Shown in pieces: positions 49,832 to 62,390 of a stretch of 64,000 nucleotides of DNA; positions within the stretch are counted from its first letter, which is position 1, and each line of letters starts with the position of its first letter. Origin of the DNA: Centroscyllium fabricii (lineage: Eukaryota); NCBI GenBank assembly GCA_051313645.2, contig JBNRSN020000006.1, forward strand, positions 302,560,001 to 302,624,000, written 5' to 3'. Position numbers and translations under genes: made by a program. The notes under the pieces are model-generated. The model was not told the DNA's origin. It saw only the letters and a list, made by a program, of their open reading frames with translations, and searched no databases.

Positions 49832-50820
49832 ATGGCTTTTTGAATGTGATGAGGGTTTCTGCCTCTCCCACCCTTTCAGGCAGTGAGTTCCAGACCCCCA
49901 CCACCCTCTGGGTGAACAAAGTTCTCCTCAACTCCCCTCTAATCCTTCCACCAATTACTTTAAATCTCTGCCCCCTGGTTATTGACCTCTCTGCTAAGGG
50001 AAATAGGTCCTTCCTATCCACTCTATCTAGGCCCCTCATAATTTTATACACCTCAATTAAATCTCCCCTCAGCCTCCTCTGGTCCAAAGAAAATAACCCC
50101 ATCCTATCATAGCTAAAATTCTCCAGTCCTGATGAGAGTTTAATGGAACTGGTTGGCAAGTCACTGATTCCTCTCCCTGCCCCGCAGGGCCACGGTCTGA
50201 GCTTGGAACCAGATCGTTTGTAATCTCTGCGCCCTATTTGACCCTGAGCTGAGCTTCTGACCCCATAGCCTCCCCCCTCACCAGGACGGCCTGCTTTCGC
50301 CTCTAACATCACCCAAGTCATAGTCATAGAGTCATTAGAGTTGCACAGCCCAGAAAAAGGCCCTTCGGCCCATCGTGTCTGCGCCGGAATAGCTGACCGG
50401 CTTCATACGGTTTAAGTGGTGTCCTTCTAATTGACGTCTATGTAAATGACATAGCAACAGGAGGAGGCCGTTCAGCCCCTCCAGCTTGTTCCGCCATTCA
50501 ATGAGATCACAGCTGATCTGTGTCTTAACTCCATCCACCCACCTTCGTTCCATATCCCCTGATACCCTTAACCAACAAAAATCTTATCAATCTCAAAGCT
50601 TTTAAACTATCAACTGACCCTCTCCTCCCCTTCTTTAATCATCTTAAACACCTCAATTAGATCGGCCCTTAATCTTCTATAAGTGAGGGAATACGAGCCT
50701 GGTCTGCAACCTGCCCTCATACCCTTTTTAGCCCTTTGACAAGTGGTCTGTGTCACTTGCCCAATGTGGGTGCTTGTGCGGAATAAGTGGGGACGGTGTG
50801 AGTATTGAGGACCGTAACTA

Positions 50821-51456
50821 CAGGTTGAAGTTCGTTAATCCGGCACGGGCGGGACCAAGCCCGTACCGGACAAGTGAAAATTCTGAACGATTGAAGTTTC
50901 GGCGAGCACATGCGCAGACCATTTAAAATGGCCGCCGCAAAAGGCCGGCAGACATTTTGAGTGGTCTGCGCATGCGCTGATCGTTCGGGGAGACCCGGCT
51001 CTGGGAAGCTCGCAGCGGCCAGGCTCTGGGAAGCTCGCAGCGGCCAGGCTCGGGGAAGCTCGCAGCGGCCAGGCTCGGGGAAGCTCGCAGCGGCCAGGCT
51101 CGGGGAGGCTCGCAGCGGCCAGGCTCGGGGAGGCTCGCAGCGGCCAGGCTCGGGGAGGCTCGCAGCGGCCAGGCTCGGGAAAGCTCGCAGCAGCCAGGCT
51201 CGGGGAGGCTCGCAGCGGCCAGGCTCGGGGAGGCTCGCAGCGGCCAGGCTCGGGGAGGCTCGCAGCGGCCAGGCTCGGGGAGGCTCGCAGCGGCCAGGCT
51301 CGGGAAAGGTCGCAGCGGCTCGGCTTGGGATCGGCTCGGCCATTGTGAATGATCTGCGCAAGCATCGATCGCGGTGGCCATTTTGCGCATGCGCAGGGCA
51401 GTCGGGGAAATTATTGCCGTATGTTCGAAGCTGCCGGATTAACTAATTTCAACCTG
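50821..51456. mobile_element. Tc1/mariner MITE with a 25-bp internal minisatellite
   Basis: TIR CAGGTTGAA.TT.GTTAATCCGGCA; TA flanks; ~13 copies of AGGCTCGGGGAGGCTCGCAGCGGCC. Confidence 0.85.
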
Positions 51457-51544
51457 TACTTGCACTGAAGTGTGAAAGCGAGAGCTAACCAGGGGCGATT
51501 CTTGAGTTTTCGATTAACTTTCGCTCTTCTCTGTCCTGCTTTAG

Positions 51545-51698
51545 CCTCCCACACAGACCATGCCAATGGGACCAGGGGGCATGAACCAGAGCGGAATGAA
51601 CCAGCTCCCTCACGCACACGCCATGGCTGCGGACAGTATGGTAGGAGGGGGCCCCCCTGCCTCTCTCATGCAAAACCAGATGAACGGGCAGATGCCTG
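51545..51698 (+). CDS. SS18: SS18 coding exon 4
   Basis: CTTTAG acceptor; PPTQTMPMGPGGMNQSG...MVGGGPPASLMQNQMNGQMP(G); GTGAGT donor; 154 nt. Confidence 0.95.
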
Positions 51699-52589
51699 GT
51701 GAGTTCTTAAAGCATGCTTATTGGGCGTCCTTGTCACTTAGCAGCCGAATGACCTCGTGGGGCAAGCCTGAGGGAAAGTCTTGCGTCCCAAGGGTTCCAG
51801 AACCTTCTGGCCTGCGTTGGTGTTGATCAAACTGCCCTCCAGCTTTGCTCCAGCTCCGACAGTATTTGTGCAAGGAACATGCTAAACCGAGCCAGTTGAC
51901 TAACTTTGCATGAGATGCAAAGTGAAAGTCTTGTACGCCCTCTGGTCAGGTAGTGTTGGAAGTTCCTCCCTAGAATGCTGCACTGCCTACCACGACTTTG
52001 GTTGTGTGGAGAAGCTGGGATTTAGCTCCTTAAAGCAGAGAAGGTTATGGGGAGATTTAATTGGGGTGTTCAAAACCATTCAAAAATATGGAGTAACGGT
52101 TTCCAGTGGCAGGAGGATCAGTAACCAGAGGACACAGATTGAAGGCAATTGGCAAAAGAACCAGAGGGGGAGATGAGAATTTTTTTTCACACAGCAAGTT
52201 GTTGTGATCTGGAACGCGCTGCCTGAAAGGGCGGAGGAAGCAGATTCAATAGTAACTTTCAAAAGGGAAATTGGAGAAATACTTGAAACGGAAAAAAATT
52301 AGAGCTATGGGTAAAGAGCAGGAGGGAGTGGGACTGATTGGAGAGCTCGTTCAAAGAGCCGGCACAGGCACGATGGGCCGAATGGCTGCCTCCTGTGCTG
52401 TAACTGCGTCAGGTTTCTCGCCATCTCTCCGAAAGGCACTAATGTGTGTTTACACCGGTGCCTGCAGTCTCCCAGTGCTCCGTCAACCAGGTAGCCAGTT
52501 TGCATGTGTCAAATGGGCTATGATGCAGGGAACATCGTAGCGGAGCCCAGTCTCTATCTCGGTGTGCCTGCACACGATCCCGAAAGTGT

Positions 52590-52945
52590 CAGCCGTGGCT
52601 CAGTGGGCAGCGCCCTCGCCTCTTGAGTCAGAAGGTCGTGGGTTCAAGTCCCACTCCAGAGACTTGAGCACAAAAATCTAGGCTGACACTCCCAGTGCAG
52701 TGCTGAGGGAGTGCCGCACTGTCGGAGGAGCCGTCTTTCGGGCGAGACGTTAACCAGAGGCCTCGTCTGCTCTCAGGTGGACGTAAAAGTACCCACGGCC
52801 ACTATTTCGAAGAAGAGAGGGGGGGGGGGGTGCGGAGTTCTCCCCGGTGTCCTGGGCGAATATTTATCTCTCAATCAACATCACAAATATAGATCATCTG
52901 GCCGTTATCACATTGCTGTTTGTGGGAGCTTGCTGTGCGCAAATT
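52590..52945 (+). mobile_element. DeuSINE (SacSINE1-like)
   Basis: tRNA-like head and Deu core; contains one unexpanded copy of the 33-bp unit. Confidence 0.8.
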
Positions 52946-53539
52946 GAAGAGCGGGGGTGGGGGGCGGCCCCAGGCAGCTGAAGGCACGGCCGCCAATGGT
53001 GGGTCGATGGAAGGGGGATGCGCAAGAGGCCGGAATTGGAGGAGCTCAGATATCTCGGAGTGGGGGCGGGGGGGGGGGGAGGTGGTGGTTGTGGTGAGAC
53101 TGGAGAAGGCTACAGAGATGGGGAGGAGCCAGGCCGTGGGGCGATTTTGAAAGAGGATGAGAATGTTTAAATCGAGGAGTTGTGGGCACAGGTGCGACGG
53201 GTGAACGGGACTTGGTGCGAGTTAGGATTAGGGCAGCAGAGTTTTGGATAAGTTCAAGCCTTTGGAGGGTGAAAGTATTCGAGAAGGACTCGGACGTCTG
53301 AAATTGCTGCTCTGTTGAGTCAGGCCTAAATCTGGCTCCGTGACTTTTCACTGGCCTCGTCCCACCAGAGAGAGTACGTCAGTTCTGCCTCTTGGGAGAT
53401 TGACATGTGCGAGTTTACAGCGAGCAGTTGATATGACGAGGGCAAAAGCAAAATACTGAGGATGCTGGAAATCGGAAATAGAAACAGAGAATGCTGGAAA
53501 TACTCAGCAGGTCAGGCAACATCTGTAAAGAGAGAAACA

Positions 53540-53828
53540 CCAATAATAATTCAACTTTATTGTCATTATACAATGTACAAGTACATGAACAACGAAATGT
53601 GATCTTGCAAGCTCCCAAGAGTCTCGCAAAGCCGCTGCATCTCTGCGCGCCGCCATTCCATCTTTCCATCATTCCGACAATCTTCAGCCAACCGCCCCTC
53701 CCCGGGGCTCCTTTCGTGACACTCTGCACCTGGTATTCCCTGGTGGTCACCCATCCAAGTACTAACCAGGCCTGGCTCTGCTTAGCTTCCAAGCCTTGCC
53801 AGTGACCCTGTCCCTAGTCCCAGGAACG
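53540..53828 (-). mobile_element. 5S-rRNA-derived SINE-like chimera inserted in a Penelope-like fragment
   Basis: The minus strand at 53793-53726 reads CTTGGAAGCTAAGCAGAGCCAGGCCTGGTTAGTACTTGGATGGGTGACCACCAGGGAATACCAGGTGC (5S internal control region), followed by segments shared with 18241-18747. Confidence 0.7.
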
Positions 53829-54205
53829 GTTAACGTTTCAGCTTGCTGACCCTTCGTCAGCACTGGAAAAAGTTGGAGATGGAACAGGTGTTTAAGCCAG
53901 TGTAGGGGCAGGGAAAGGGGGGAGGGAGGAAAGAACAAAAGGGAAGGTCTGTGATAGGATGGAAAGCAGGAGAGATTAAATGACAAAAGGGATGATGGTG
54001 TGAGGCAAAAGGAGATGGTAACGGAACAAGTAAAGAAACAAGATGGGTCTAGAGGAGATGTAAATGGCAATGGCAGAATCATCAACAGCTGCCGATATGA
54101 CTAGGACGTTCTCTTGTTCCGCCTCTCAGGAACGCTCTGTTGTTGCCTGACCCGATCTTTAACAGTAACGGTAAACATTTGATGACCGCAGATGTGGAAT
54201 CCCCT

Positions 54206-54802
54206 TGTTAACTCACTCACTCTGTGAGGAGGACCCACCCTAGCCTGGGGATCTGGGTTCTTACTTTAGGAGACTAAACACGTCGGTCAGTCTGTCACTT
54301 TCTCAGTAATACACAAAGTCAGAGACTGTAAAATAATTAAAGTTTATTACCCAGTACCGGTACTTCACTCTGAGAGACCCCTTGTGTTTGCACACAAGCA
54401 TAGCAACCCAGAAGTGCGCCGGTCGCTCTGAGACTGCAATTATTTATACAATACATAAATGCAAAAAAAAACCTTGCAACGTACATGCTCAGTGAATAAT
54501 TCTGAAAAACGAAAACAACCAATGAAAAAAATATATAGAAACAATACAAATCCAATTAAATGTCAACATCTTGTGTTGACTCCTCCTTACCTTGCAGCTG
54601 CAGCTATTGTTATGAGAACGAGATCTCCAGACAGAATGTCTCTATATTTTACCTCTTTGCTACCAAGCTTTTAACCCATGTTAAACTATAGTAAAGCAAT
54701 CTAGAATTAGCCAAAGTTTATCACCCTTACAGGGGAAATCACTGAGCAGAACCTGAGCGAGAACATCAAGAACACGTCTAAAATTTGTAACTGTTGGTAA
54801 CA
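54206..54802 (-). mobile_element. Putative solo LTR
   Basis: TGTTA...TAACA termini; minus-strand TATAAA (~54448) upstream of AATAAA (~54348); only CCT is duplicated in the flanks. Confidence 0.45.
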
Positions 54803-54949
54803 CCTACTTGGATTACTGATGACAATGGCAGTTTAACATGTTTAATTGAACTGAAGAAAGAACAAACTTGCATTACTATAGCGCCTTTCAACCTCAGGAC
54901 ATCCCAAATCGCTTCACAGCCAATCAAGTACTTTTTGCAGTGTTGTCAA

Positions 54950-55512
54950 AAGGTTGAGAAAGCAGTTAAAAGAGCTTACGGGATCCTGGGCTTCATGAAT
55001 AGCGGCATAGAGTACAAAAGTGTGGAAATGATAATGAGCCTGTATAAAACACTGGTTTGGCCTTAGCTGGAGTATGGTGTCCAATTCTGGGCACCGCTCT
55101 TTAGGAAGGATGTGAAGGCCTTAGAGAGGGTGCAGGAAAGATTTACTGGAATGGTTCCAGGGATGAGAGATTTCAGTTATGTGGATAGACTGGAGAAGCT
55201 GGGGTTGTTCTCCTTGGAGCAGAGAAGGCTGAGAGGAGATTTGATCGAGGTGTTCAAAATCACGAGGGGTCTGGACAGGATAGTTAGAGAGAAACTGTTC
55301 CCATTGGCAGAAGGGTCGAGAACCAGAGGGACACAGATTTTGGTGATTGGCAGAAGAACCGAAGGCGACATGAGGAAAAACCTTTTTACTCAGCGAGTGG
55401 TGAGGATCTGGAATGCGCTGCCTGAAAGGGTGATGGAGGCAGATTCAATCGTGGCTTTCAAAAGGGAGTTGGAGAAGTACCTGAAGGAAAAAAATTTGAA
55501 GGGCTACGGGAA
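54950..55512 (+). mobile_element. CR1 LINE 3' fragment
   Basis: LEQRRLRGDLIEVFKI motifs. Confidence 0.85.
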
Positions 55513-55516
55513 ATGG

Positions 55517-56210
55517 CCAGTGGTGGAGGGAGTGAATGTTTAAGGTGGTGGATGGGGTGCCAATCAAACAGGCTGCTTTGTCCTGAATGATGTCGAGCTT
55601 CTTGAGTGTTGTTGGAGCTGCACTCATCCAGGCAAGTGGAGAATATTCCATCACACTCCCAACTTGTGCCTTGTAGATGATGGAAAGGCTTTGGGGAGTC
55701 AGGAGGTGAGACACTCTCCACAGAATTCCCAGCTTCTGAACTGCTCTTGTTGCCACAGTATTTATGTGACTGGTCCAGTTAAGTTTCTGGTCAATGGTGA
55801 CCCCAGGATGTTGATGGTGGGGGATTTGACGATGTAATGTCAAGGGGCGGAGGTTAGACTCTCGCTTGTTGGAGATAGTCATTGCCTGGCACTTGTGTGG
55901 CGCGAATGTTACCTGCCACTTATCAGCCCAAGCCTGAATGTCGGCCAGATCTTGCAGCTTGTGGGCATGGATTGCTTCATTATCTGTGGAGTTGTGAATG
56001 GCGCTGAACACTGTGCAGTCATCAGCGAACATCCCCATTTCTGACCTTATGATGTCGGGAAGGTCATTGATGTCGGGAAGGTCATTGATGAAGCAGCTGA
56101 AGATGGTTGGGCCTCGGACCCTGCCCTGAGGAACTCCTGCAGCGATGTCCTGGGGCTGAGACGATTGACCTTCAACAGCTACAACCATCTTTCTTTGTGC
56201 TCGGTATGAC
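55517..56210 (-). mobile_element. CR1-group LINE (second family) RT fragment
   Basis: ORF 55445-56188: GVPQG, FINDLP, MFADDC. Confidence 0.85.
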
Positions 56211-56429
56211 TACAGGCGATTGCATGAGTACCCAGTCACCACAGTGAATGGACCCCGACTCATGGCTTCATTCGCGGGAAGGTGCTTAAAGCGGTTTCTC
56301 ATAACCGTCCATCCGATAATGTAAACTGCAGTGTTGCACAACACGCTGTTCCTGATGTTTCTGAATTAACTCCTGAAGTCTGCAGGCAAAAGTTTAGGCA
56401 ACTCCGGAAATATTCATTTGGTAAATAAT

Positions 56430-56985
56430 GTATAGAATGTACAGCGCAGAGACAGGCCATTCGGCCCAACTGGTCCGTGCCGGTGTTTGACACGAGCCTC
56501 CACCCGCCCCTCTTCACCTCACCCTGTCATCATATCCTTCTATTCCTTTCTCCCTGATGTGTTTATCCAGCCTCCCCTTAAGTGCATCGATACTATTCGC
56601 CTCAACCACTCCCTGTGGGAGCGAGTTCCACATTCTCACCACTCTGTGGGTGAAGAAGTTTCTCCTGAATTCCATATTGGATTTCTTGGTGACTATCTTA
56701 TATTGATGGCCTCCAGTTTTGGACGCCCCCACAAGTGCAAACACTCTCTCTGTATCCACTTTATCGAAGCCCTTCATAATTTTCAAGGCCTCCAGGTCAC
56801 CCCTCAGCTTTCACTTTTCTAAAGAAAGGAGCCCCCGCCTGTTCATCCTTTCCTGATAGGTGGAACCTCGCAGCTCTGGTATCCTGCTTGTAAATCCTTT
56901 TTTGCACCTTCTCCAGTACTTCTATATCGTTTTTGTAATCTGGGGACCAGAACTGTTGAAGTACTCCAGAGTGTGGTCGAACCAA
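56430..56985 (-). mobile_element. CR1 LINE 3' fragment
   Basis: RRNFFTHRVVRMWNSLP. Confidence 0.8.
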
Positions 56986-57294
56986 TCTGCATTGCTGTGT
57001 GACTGCTGAACTTTGGTTCAAGTTTTATATTGTAATATCTGCAACAGCAGGACTTGCGTTGAAATGATTCCTCTCAATCTTCCTATACCACTTGAAGCAA
57101 AAAGATTTTGCAACATGATAGAATCATAGAATCACTACAGTGCAGATAGAGGCCATTTCGGCCCATCGAGCCTGCACCGACACATATCCCACCCTATCAG
57201 AGTTGTGCCAGTGAGAGTTTGCATGGCCGTTTGACTTTTTTGATATTGTTAACTGGTCATAAGTACTGCTAAAGGTCCATAACGTTTTTGTATT

Positions 57295-58305
57295 TGAGGC
57301 TGGTCCAGTAAAGCTTCTGGTCAATGGTGACCCCCAGGATGTTGATGGTGGGGGATTCGGCGATGGTAATGCCGTTGAATATCAAGGGGTTGTGGTTAGA
57401 CTCTCACTTGTTGGAGATAGTCATTGCCTGGCACTTATGTGGTACAAATGTTACCTGCCACTTATCAGCTCAAACCTGAATGTCGTCCAGCTCTTGTTGC
57501 ATGTGGGCATGGACTGCTTCATTATCTGAGGAGTTGTGAATGGCGCTGAACACTGCAGTCATCAGCGAACATCCCCACTTCTGACCTTGTGATGGAGGGA
57601 AGGTCATTGATGAAGCAGCTGAAGATGGTTGGGCCTGGGACACTGCCCTGAGGAACTTTTGCAGCGATGTCCTGGGGCTGTGATGATTGACCTCCAACCA
57701 CCACAACTATCTTCCTTTGTGCTAGGTATGACTCCAGCCAGTGGAGAGTTTTCCCCCCGATTCCCATTGACTTCAGTCTTACTCGGGCTCCTGGGTGACA
57801 CACTCGGTCAAATGCTGCCTTGATGTAAAGGGCAGTCACTCTCACCTCACCTCTGGAATTCAGCTCCTTGTCCATGTTTGGACCAAGGCTGTAATAAGGT
57901 CTTGAGCCAAGTGGTCTTGGCGGAACCCAAACTGGGCATCAGTGAGCAGGTTGTTGGTGAGTAAGTGCCGCTTGATAGCACTGTCGATGACACCTTCCAT
58001 CACTTTGCTGATGATTTGAGAGTAGACTGATGGGGCAGGAATTGGCTGGGTTGGATTTGTCCTGCTCTTCGTGGACAGAACACACCTGGGTAGTTTTCAA
58101 CATTGTCGGGTAGTTGCCAGTGTTGTAGCTATCCTGGAACAGCTTGGCTAGAGGCGCGGCTAGTTCTGTTGCACAAGTTTTCAGCATGACCGTGAGATGT
58201 CGTCACGGCACACAGCCTTTGCTGTATCCAGTGCGCTCAGCCATTTCTTCATATCCCGTGGAGTGAATCGAACTGGCTGAAGACTGGCTTCTGTGATGGT
58301 GAGGA
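57295..58305 (-). mobile_element. CR1-group LINE (second family) RT fragment
   Basis: IKAAFDRV, VPQGSV and FINDLP; homologous to 40720-41720. Confidence 0.85.
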
Positions 58306-58309
58306 TCTC

Positions 58310-58915
58310 AGAGACAGGGACCATGTACAGCAGTCACCTCAAAGCACTGGAGAGGTACCACCAATGCTGCCTCCGCAAGATCCTGCAAATCTAATGGCAG
58401 GATCGGCGCACCAACGTCCGTGTTCTCGCTCAGGCCAACATCCCCAGCATCGAAGCTTTGACCACGCTTGATCAGCTCTGATGGACGGGTCACATTGTCC
58501 GCATGCCCGATACGAGACTCCCAAAACAAGCGCTCTACTCGGAGCTCCGGCACGGCAAGAGAGCCCCAGGTGGGCAGAGGAAACGCTTCAAGGACACCCT
58601 CAAAGCCTCTTGAAAAGTGCAACATCCCCACCGACACCTGGGAATCCCTGGCCCAAGACCGCACAAAGTGGAGGAGAAGCATCCGGGAAGGCGGCGAACA
58701 CCTTGAGTCTCTGCGCCGGGAGCAAGCGGAAGCCGAGCGCAGGCAGCGGAAGGAGCGCACGTCAACCCAAGCACCCCACCCACCCGCCCCTTCAACCATC
58801 GTCTGCCCCACATGTGACCGAGACTGTCAGTCCCGCATTGGACTCATCAGTCACCTGAGAACTCATTTTTAAGGTGGAAGCAAGTCGTCCTCGGTTCCGA
58901 GGGACTGCCTACGAA
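58310..58915 (+). mobile_element. RTE-type LINE 3' end
   Basis: GHIVRMPDTRLPKQALYSEL, WESLAQDRTKWRRSI and a C2H2-like CPTCDRDC...LISHLRTH, with stops and frameshifts. Confidence 0.85.
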
Positions 58916-59198
58916 GGTGGCCGATATGGATCATCCACTCAGCACTTCTGGCTGAAGATGATTGCAAACCATCTCCTCCTCCCGTTAGTTGTTTAATGAT
59001 GGCGCGGTTATGTAGTCGGAAGCTTGTCTCGGGGTCAAATATGACCCCAAAGTTGCGAACCGTGTGGTTCAGCCTCCGACTGTTGCCAGGGAGAGAGATG
59101 GAGTCGATGGTTCGTGAACGGAGTTTGTGGCGGGGCCTGAGGAGAATGGCTTCAGTCTTCCCAATATTTAGTTGGGGGAAATTTCTGCTCCTCCAGTA

Positions 59199-59646
59199 CA
59201 GGTCTGACACCGTTAATCCGGCATCGGCGGGGCTAGGCCGGTGCCGGATTCGTGAAAAATCCGAACGATTGAAGCTTCGGCGAGCGCGTGCGCAGACCAT
59301 TCAAAATGGCCGCCGTGTAGGCCGGTGGCCATTTTGAATGGTCTGCGCATGCGCTCGCCGGAGCATCAATCGTTCTGGTAGAGGCCTGGGCATGCGCAGC
59401 CAAGTGCGGTGGCCATTTTGCGCATGCGCAGACCAGTCGGGGAGAGGCCCGGGCATGCGCAGCCAAGCACGGTGGCCATTTTGCGCGTGCGCAGACCAGT
59501 CTGGCAGTCGGGCAAAGGCCCGGGCCTGCGCAGCCAGGCGCGGCAGCCATTTTGCGCATGCGCAGACCAGTCGGCCAGATTCGTTCCGGACGACTGAAGT
59601 TTCCGGATTTACGGTGTCCGGATTAACGGTGCCGGACTTTGTACTG
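59199..59646. mobile_element. Tc1/mariner MITE related to the 50821 copy
   Basis: CACCGTTAATCCGG inverted at both ends; internal ~62-bp repeats containing GCCATTTTGCGCATGCGCA. Confidence 0.7.
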
Positions 59647-59819
59647 TAAACTATATTCAGATTGAGGTCCACTCTGGGTTACTCCATGCAACTCTAGATA
59701 GTAAAATGTGCAAGTGGGTTTAACGAAACTCGAGTACAAACGTGTTACTTTCGAAGAGGGATAAAAAATAATACTGATCAGTTTCTGTAATGGTTGTTTG
59801 TTTTTTCCGCATCTACCAG

Positions 59820-60035
59820 GACCAAACCACATACCGGTGCAAGGACCAGGCCAAGCCAGCATGGCCAATGCCTCAGTCAACATGCCAACGAGTAGCCACG
59901 GCTCCATGGGAGGCTACAACCATTCAGTGCCATCTTCGCAGGGCATACCAGTGCAGAACCAAATGAATGTGAGCCAAGGGCAGTCGATGGGTAACTATGG
60001 CCCCCGAACAAACATGAACATGCAGCCAAGCCAAG
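59820..60035 (+). CDS. SS18: SS18 coding exon 5
   Basis: CTACCAG acceptor; (G)PNHIPVQGPG...SSHGSMGGYNHSVPSSQ...MGNYGPRTNMNMQPSQ(G); GTACTT donor; 216 nt. Confidence 0.95.
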
Positions 60036-60536
60036 GTACTTAAAACGCTCTTATAGCCAACTTAACTGCAACTAGAATACGGCAACAGCAATAACCGCTG
60101 GTATTTATGCAGCACTTTTAATGTAGTAACACATTCCCGAGGTGCTTCACAGGAGCGATTATCAGACACAATTTGATGCGGAGACACATGAGGCGGCATT
60201 AGGGCAGGTGACCAAAAGCTTGGTCAAAGAGGGAGATTTTAGGGAGCATCTTGGAGGAGGAGAGAGAGGCGGAGAGGTTTAGGGAGGGAATTCCACAGCT
60301 CGGGGGCCCAGGCAGCTGAAGGCACGGCCGCCAATGGTGGAGCGATTAAAATCGAGGCTGCTCAAGAGGCCGTAATTGGAGCAGCGCAGAGATCTGAGGG
60401 ATTGTGGGGCTGGAGGAGGTTACAGAGATGGGGGGGAGGGGGGGGCAAGGCCAAGGCAGGATTGGAACACAAGGATGAGAATTTTTAGATCGAAGCGTTG
60501 CCGGACCAGCGTGGCAATATCGATCAGTGAGCACAG

Positions 60537-61154
60537 CAATTTTCCTGTTATGCTGCAAGGTCCCGCGGGGCCGCTTGGCGGCTTTCGCATTGGCATGTGT
60601 AAAATTTGAATGAGCCGCGCAATGTTTGGGGGTGAGGGGAGGCCGCGCAGTGGGTTGGGATAGACCGCGCGGGGGCGGGTGGAGGGGACGCTGCGCAGTG
60701 TTTGGGGGCGGGGGGAGGTGGCGCGGTGTTTGGGGGTGGGGGAGGCTGCGCGGTGTTGGGGGGAGAGGGTGCGGGGGGAGGCTGCATGGTGTTTGGGGGC
60801 GGTGGTAGGCCGCAGGGGGGTGGGGGAGGCGGTGCAGTGTTTGAGGGCGGGGGGAGGCTGCGCGGTGTTGGGGGGAGAGGGGGCGGGGGGAGGCGGCGCG
60901 GTGTTTGGGGGTGGGGGAGGCTGCGCAGTGTTGGGGGGGAGGTGGCGCGGGGTTGGGGGAGGCGGCGCGGTGTTTGGGGGGAGAGGGGGCGGCTGCGTGG
61001 TGTTGGGGGGAGAGGGGAGGCTGCACGGTGTTGGGAGGAGAGGGGGCAGGGGGAGGCTGAGCAGTGTTTAGGGGTGGGGGGAAGCTGCGCGGTGTCGGGG
61101 GGAGAGGGGGCGGGGGGAGGCCGCGCAGGAGGCAGAGCGACTCGCGGGATGTTG
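60537..61154. mobile_element. hAT-type MITE with a G-rich minisatellite, inserted in an antisense L2-like fragment
   Basis: Perfect 8-bp TSD GAGCACAG; ends CAATTTTCC / GCGGGATGTTG. Confidence 0.75.
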
Positions 61155-61461
61155 GAGCACAGGGTTGCTGGGAGAATGGGACTTGTTGAGGGTTGGGATA
61201 CAGGCAGCAGAGTGTTGGATCAGTTCAAGTTTACAGAGGGGGGCAAGATGGGAGACTGGCTGGCCAGAGGACCGTTGGAATGGTCGAGTACCGAGGTAAC
61301 ACAGGCACGGATGAGGGTTTCAGCCGAAGATGAGCTGAGGCAGCAGCAGTGGGCAGCACCTCACCGATGAGTCACATGGTTGTGGCTTCAAGCTTTACTC
61401 CAGAGATTTCAACACTCCCAGCGCCGTGCTGAGGGAGTGCTGAACTGGTGCTGAAGGGAAG

Positions 61462-62390
61462 GCCCAAGTCAGGAGTGTGATGGAATACTCTCCACTTGCC
61501 TGGATGAGTGCAGCTCCAACAACACTCAAGAAGCTCGACACCATTCAGGATAAAGCAGGCCGCTTGATTGGCACTCCATCCACCACCTTCAACATTCACT
61601 CCCTCCACCACCGACGCGCCGTGGCTGCAGTGTGTACCATCTACAAGATGCACTGCAGCAACTCGCCAAAGCTCCTTCAACAGCACCTTCCAAACCGCGA
61701 CCTGTACCACTTAGAAGGACAAGGGCAGCAGACGCATGGGAACATCACCACCTACAAGTTCCCCTCCAAGCCACACACCATCCTGACTTGGACCTGTATC
61801 GCTGCTCCTTCACTGTCGCTGGGCCAAAATCCTGGAACTCCCTTCCTAACAATATTGTGGGTGTACCTACACCATATGGACTGCAGCGGTTCAAGAAGGT
61901 GGCTCACCACCACCGGGTGGCACGGTGGCATAGTGGTTAGCACTGTTGCCTCACAGCGCCAGGGGCCTGGGTTCAAATCCAGCCTCGGGTGACTATCTGT
62001 GTGGAGTTTGCACATTCTCCTCGTGTCTGCGTGGGTTTCCTCCGGGTGCTCCGGTTTCCTCCCACAGTCCAAAGATGTGCGGGTTAGGTTGATTGGCCAG
62101 GATAAATTGACCCTTAGTTGTTAGGGGGATTGAATATGTGGGGTTACAGGGATAGGGTGGGATATGTGTCGGTGCGGGATCGATAGGGATCGAGGGATAT
62201 GGGGAGAGGCCAGGGGCGGGGTGCTGGGTTTGGAGGATCAGCCATGATCTCATCGAACGGCGGAGCAGGCTCGAAGGGCCGAATGGCCTACTCCTGCTCG
62301 TATCTTCTGTTTCTCAAGGGCAATTAGGGATGGGCACTAAATGCAGGCCTAGCCAGCCAGCGACGCCCACATCCCATCAATGGATAAAAA
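61462..62390 (+). mobile_element. CR1-group LINE 3' end split by an HE1-like SINE (61916-62312)
   Basis: MEYSPLAWM motif; the tail resumes at ~62313. Confidence 0.85.

Noticed and set aside
53726-53793. Functional 5S rRNA gene
   Set aside because: It lacks the first ~43 nt and the T-run terminator, is diverged, and is embedded in a retroposon-like insert.
3779-60035. Assignment as SS18L1/PSMA7
   Set aside because: Exon 1 (PRQRGKGEITPAAIQK), exons 4-5 and the MATRYDR start fit SS18/PSMA8 better.
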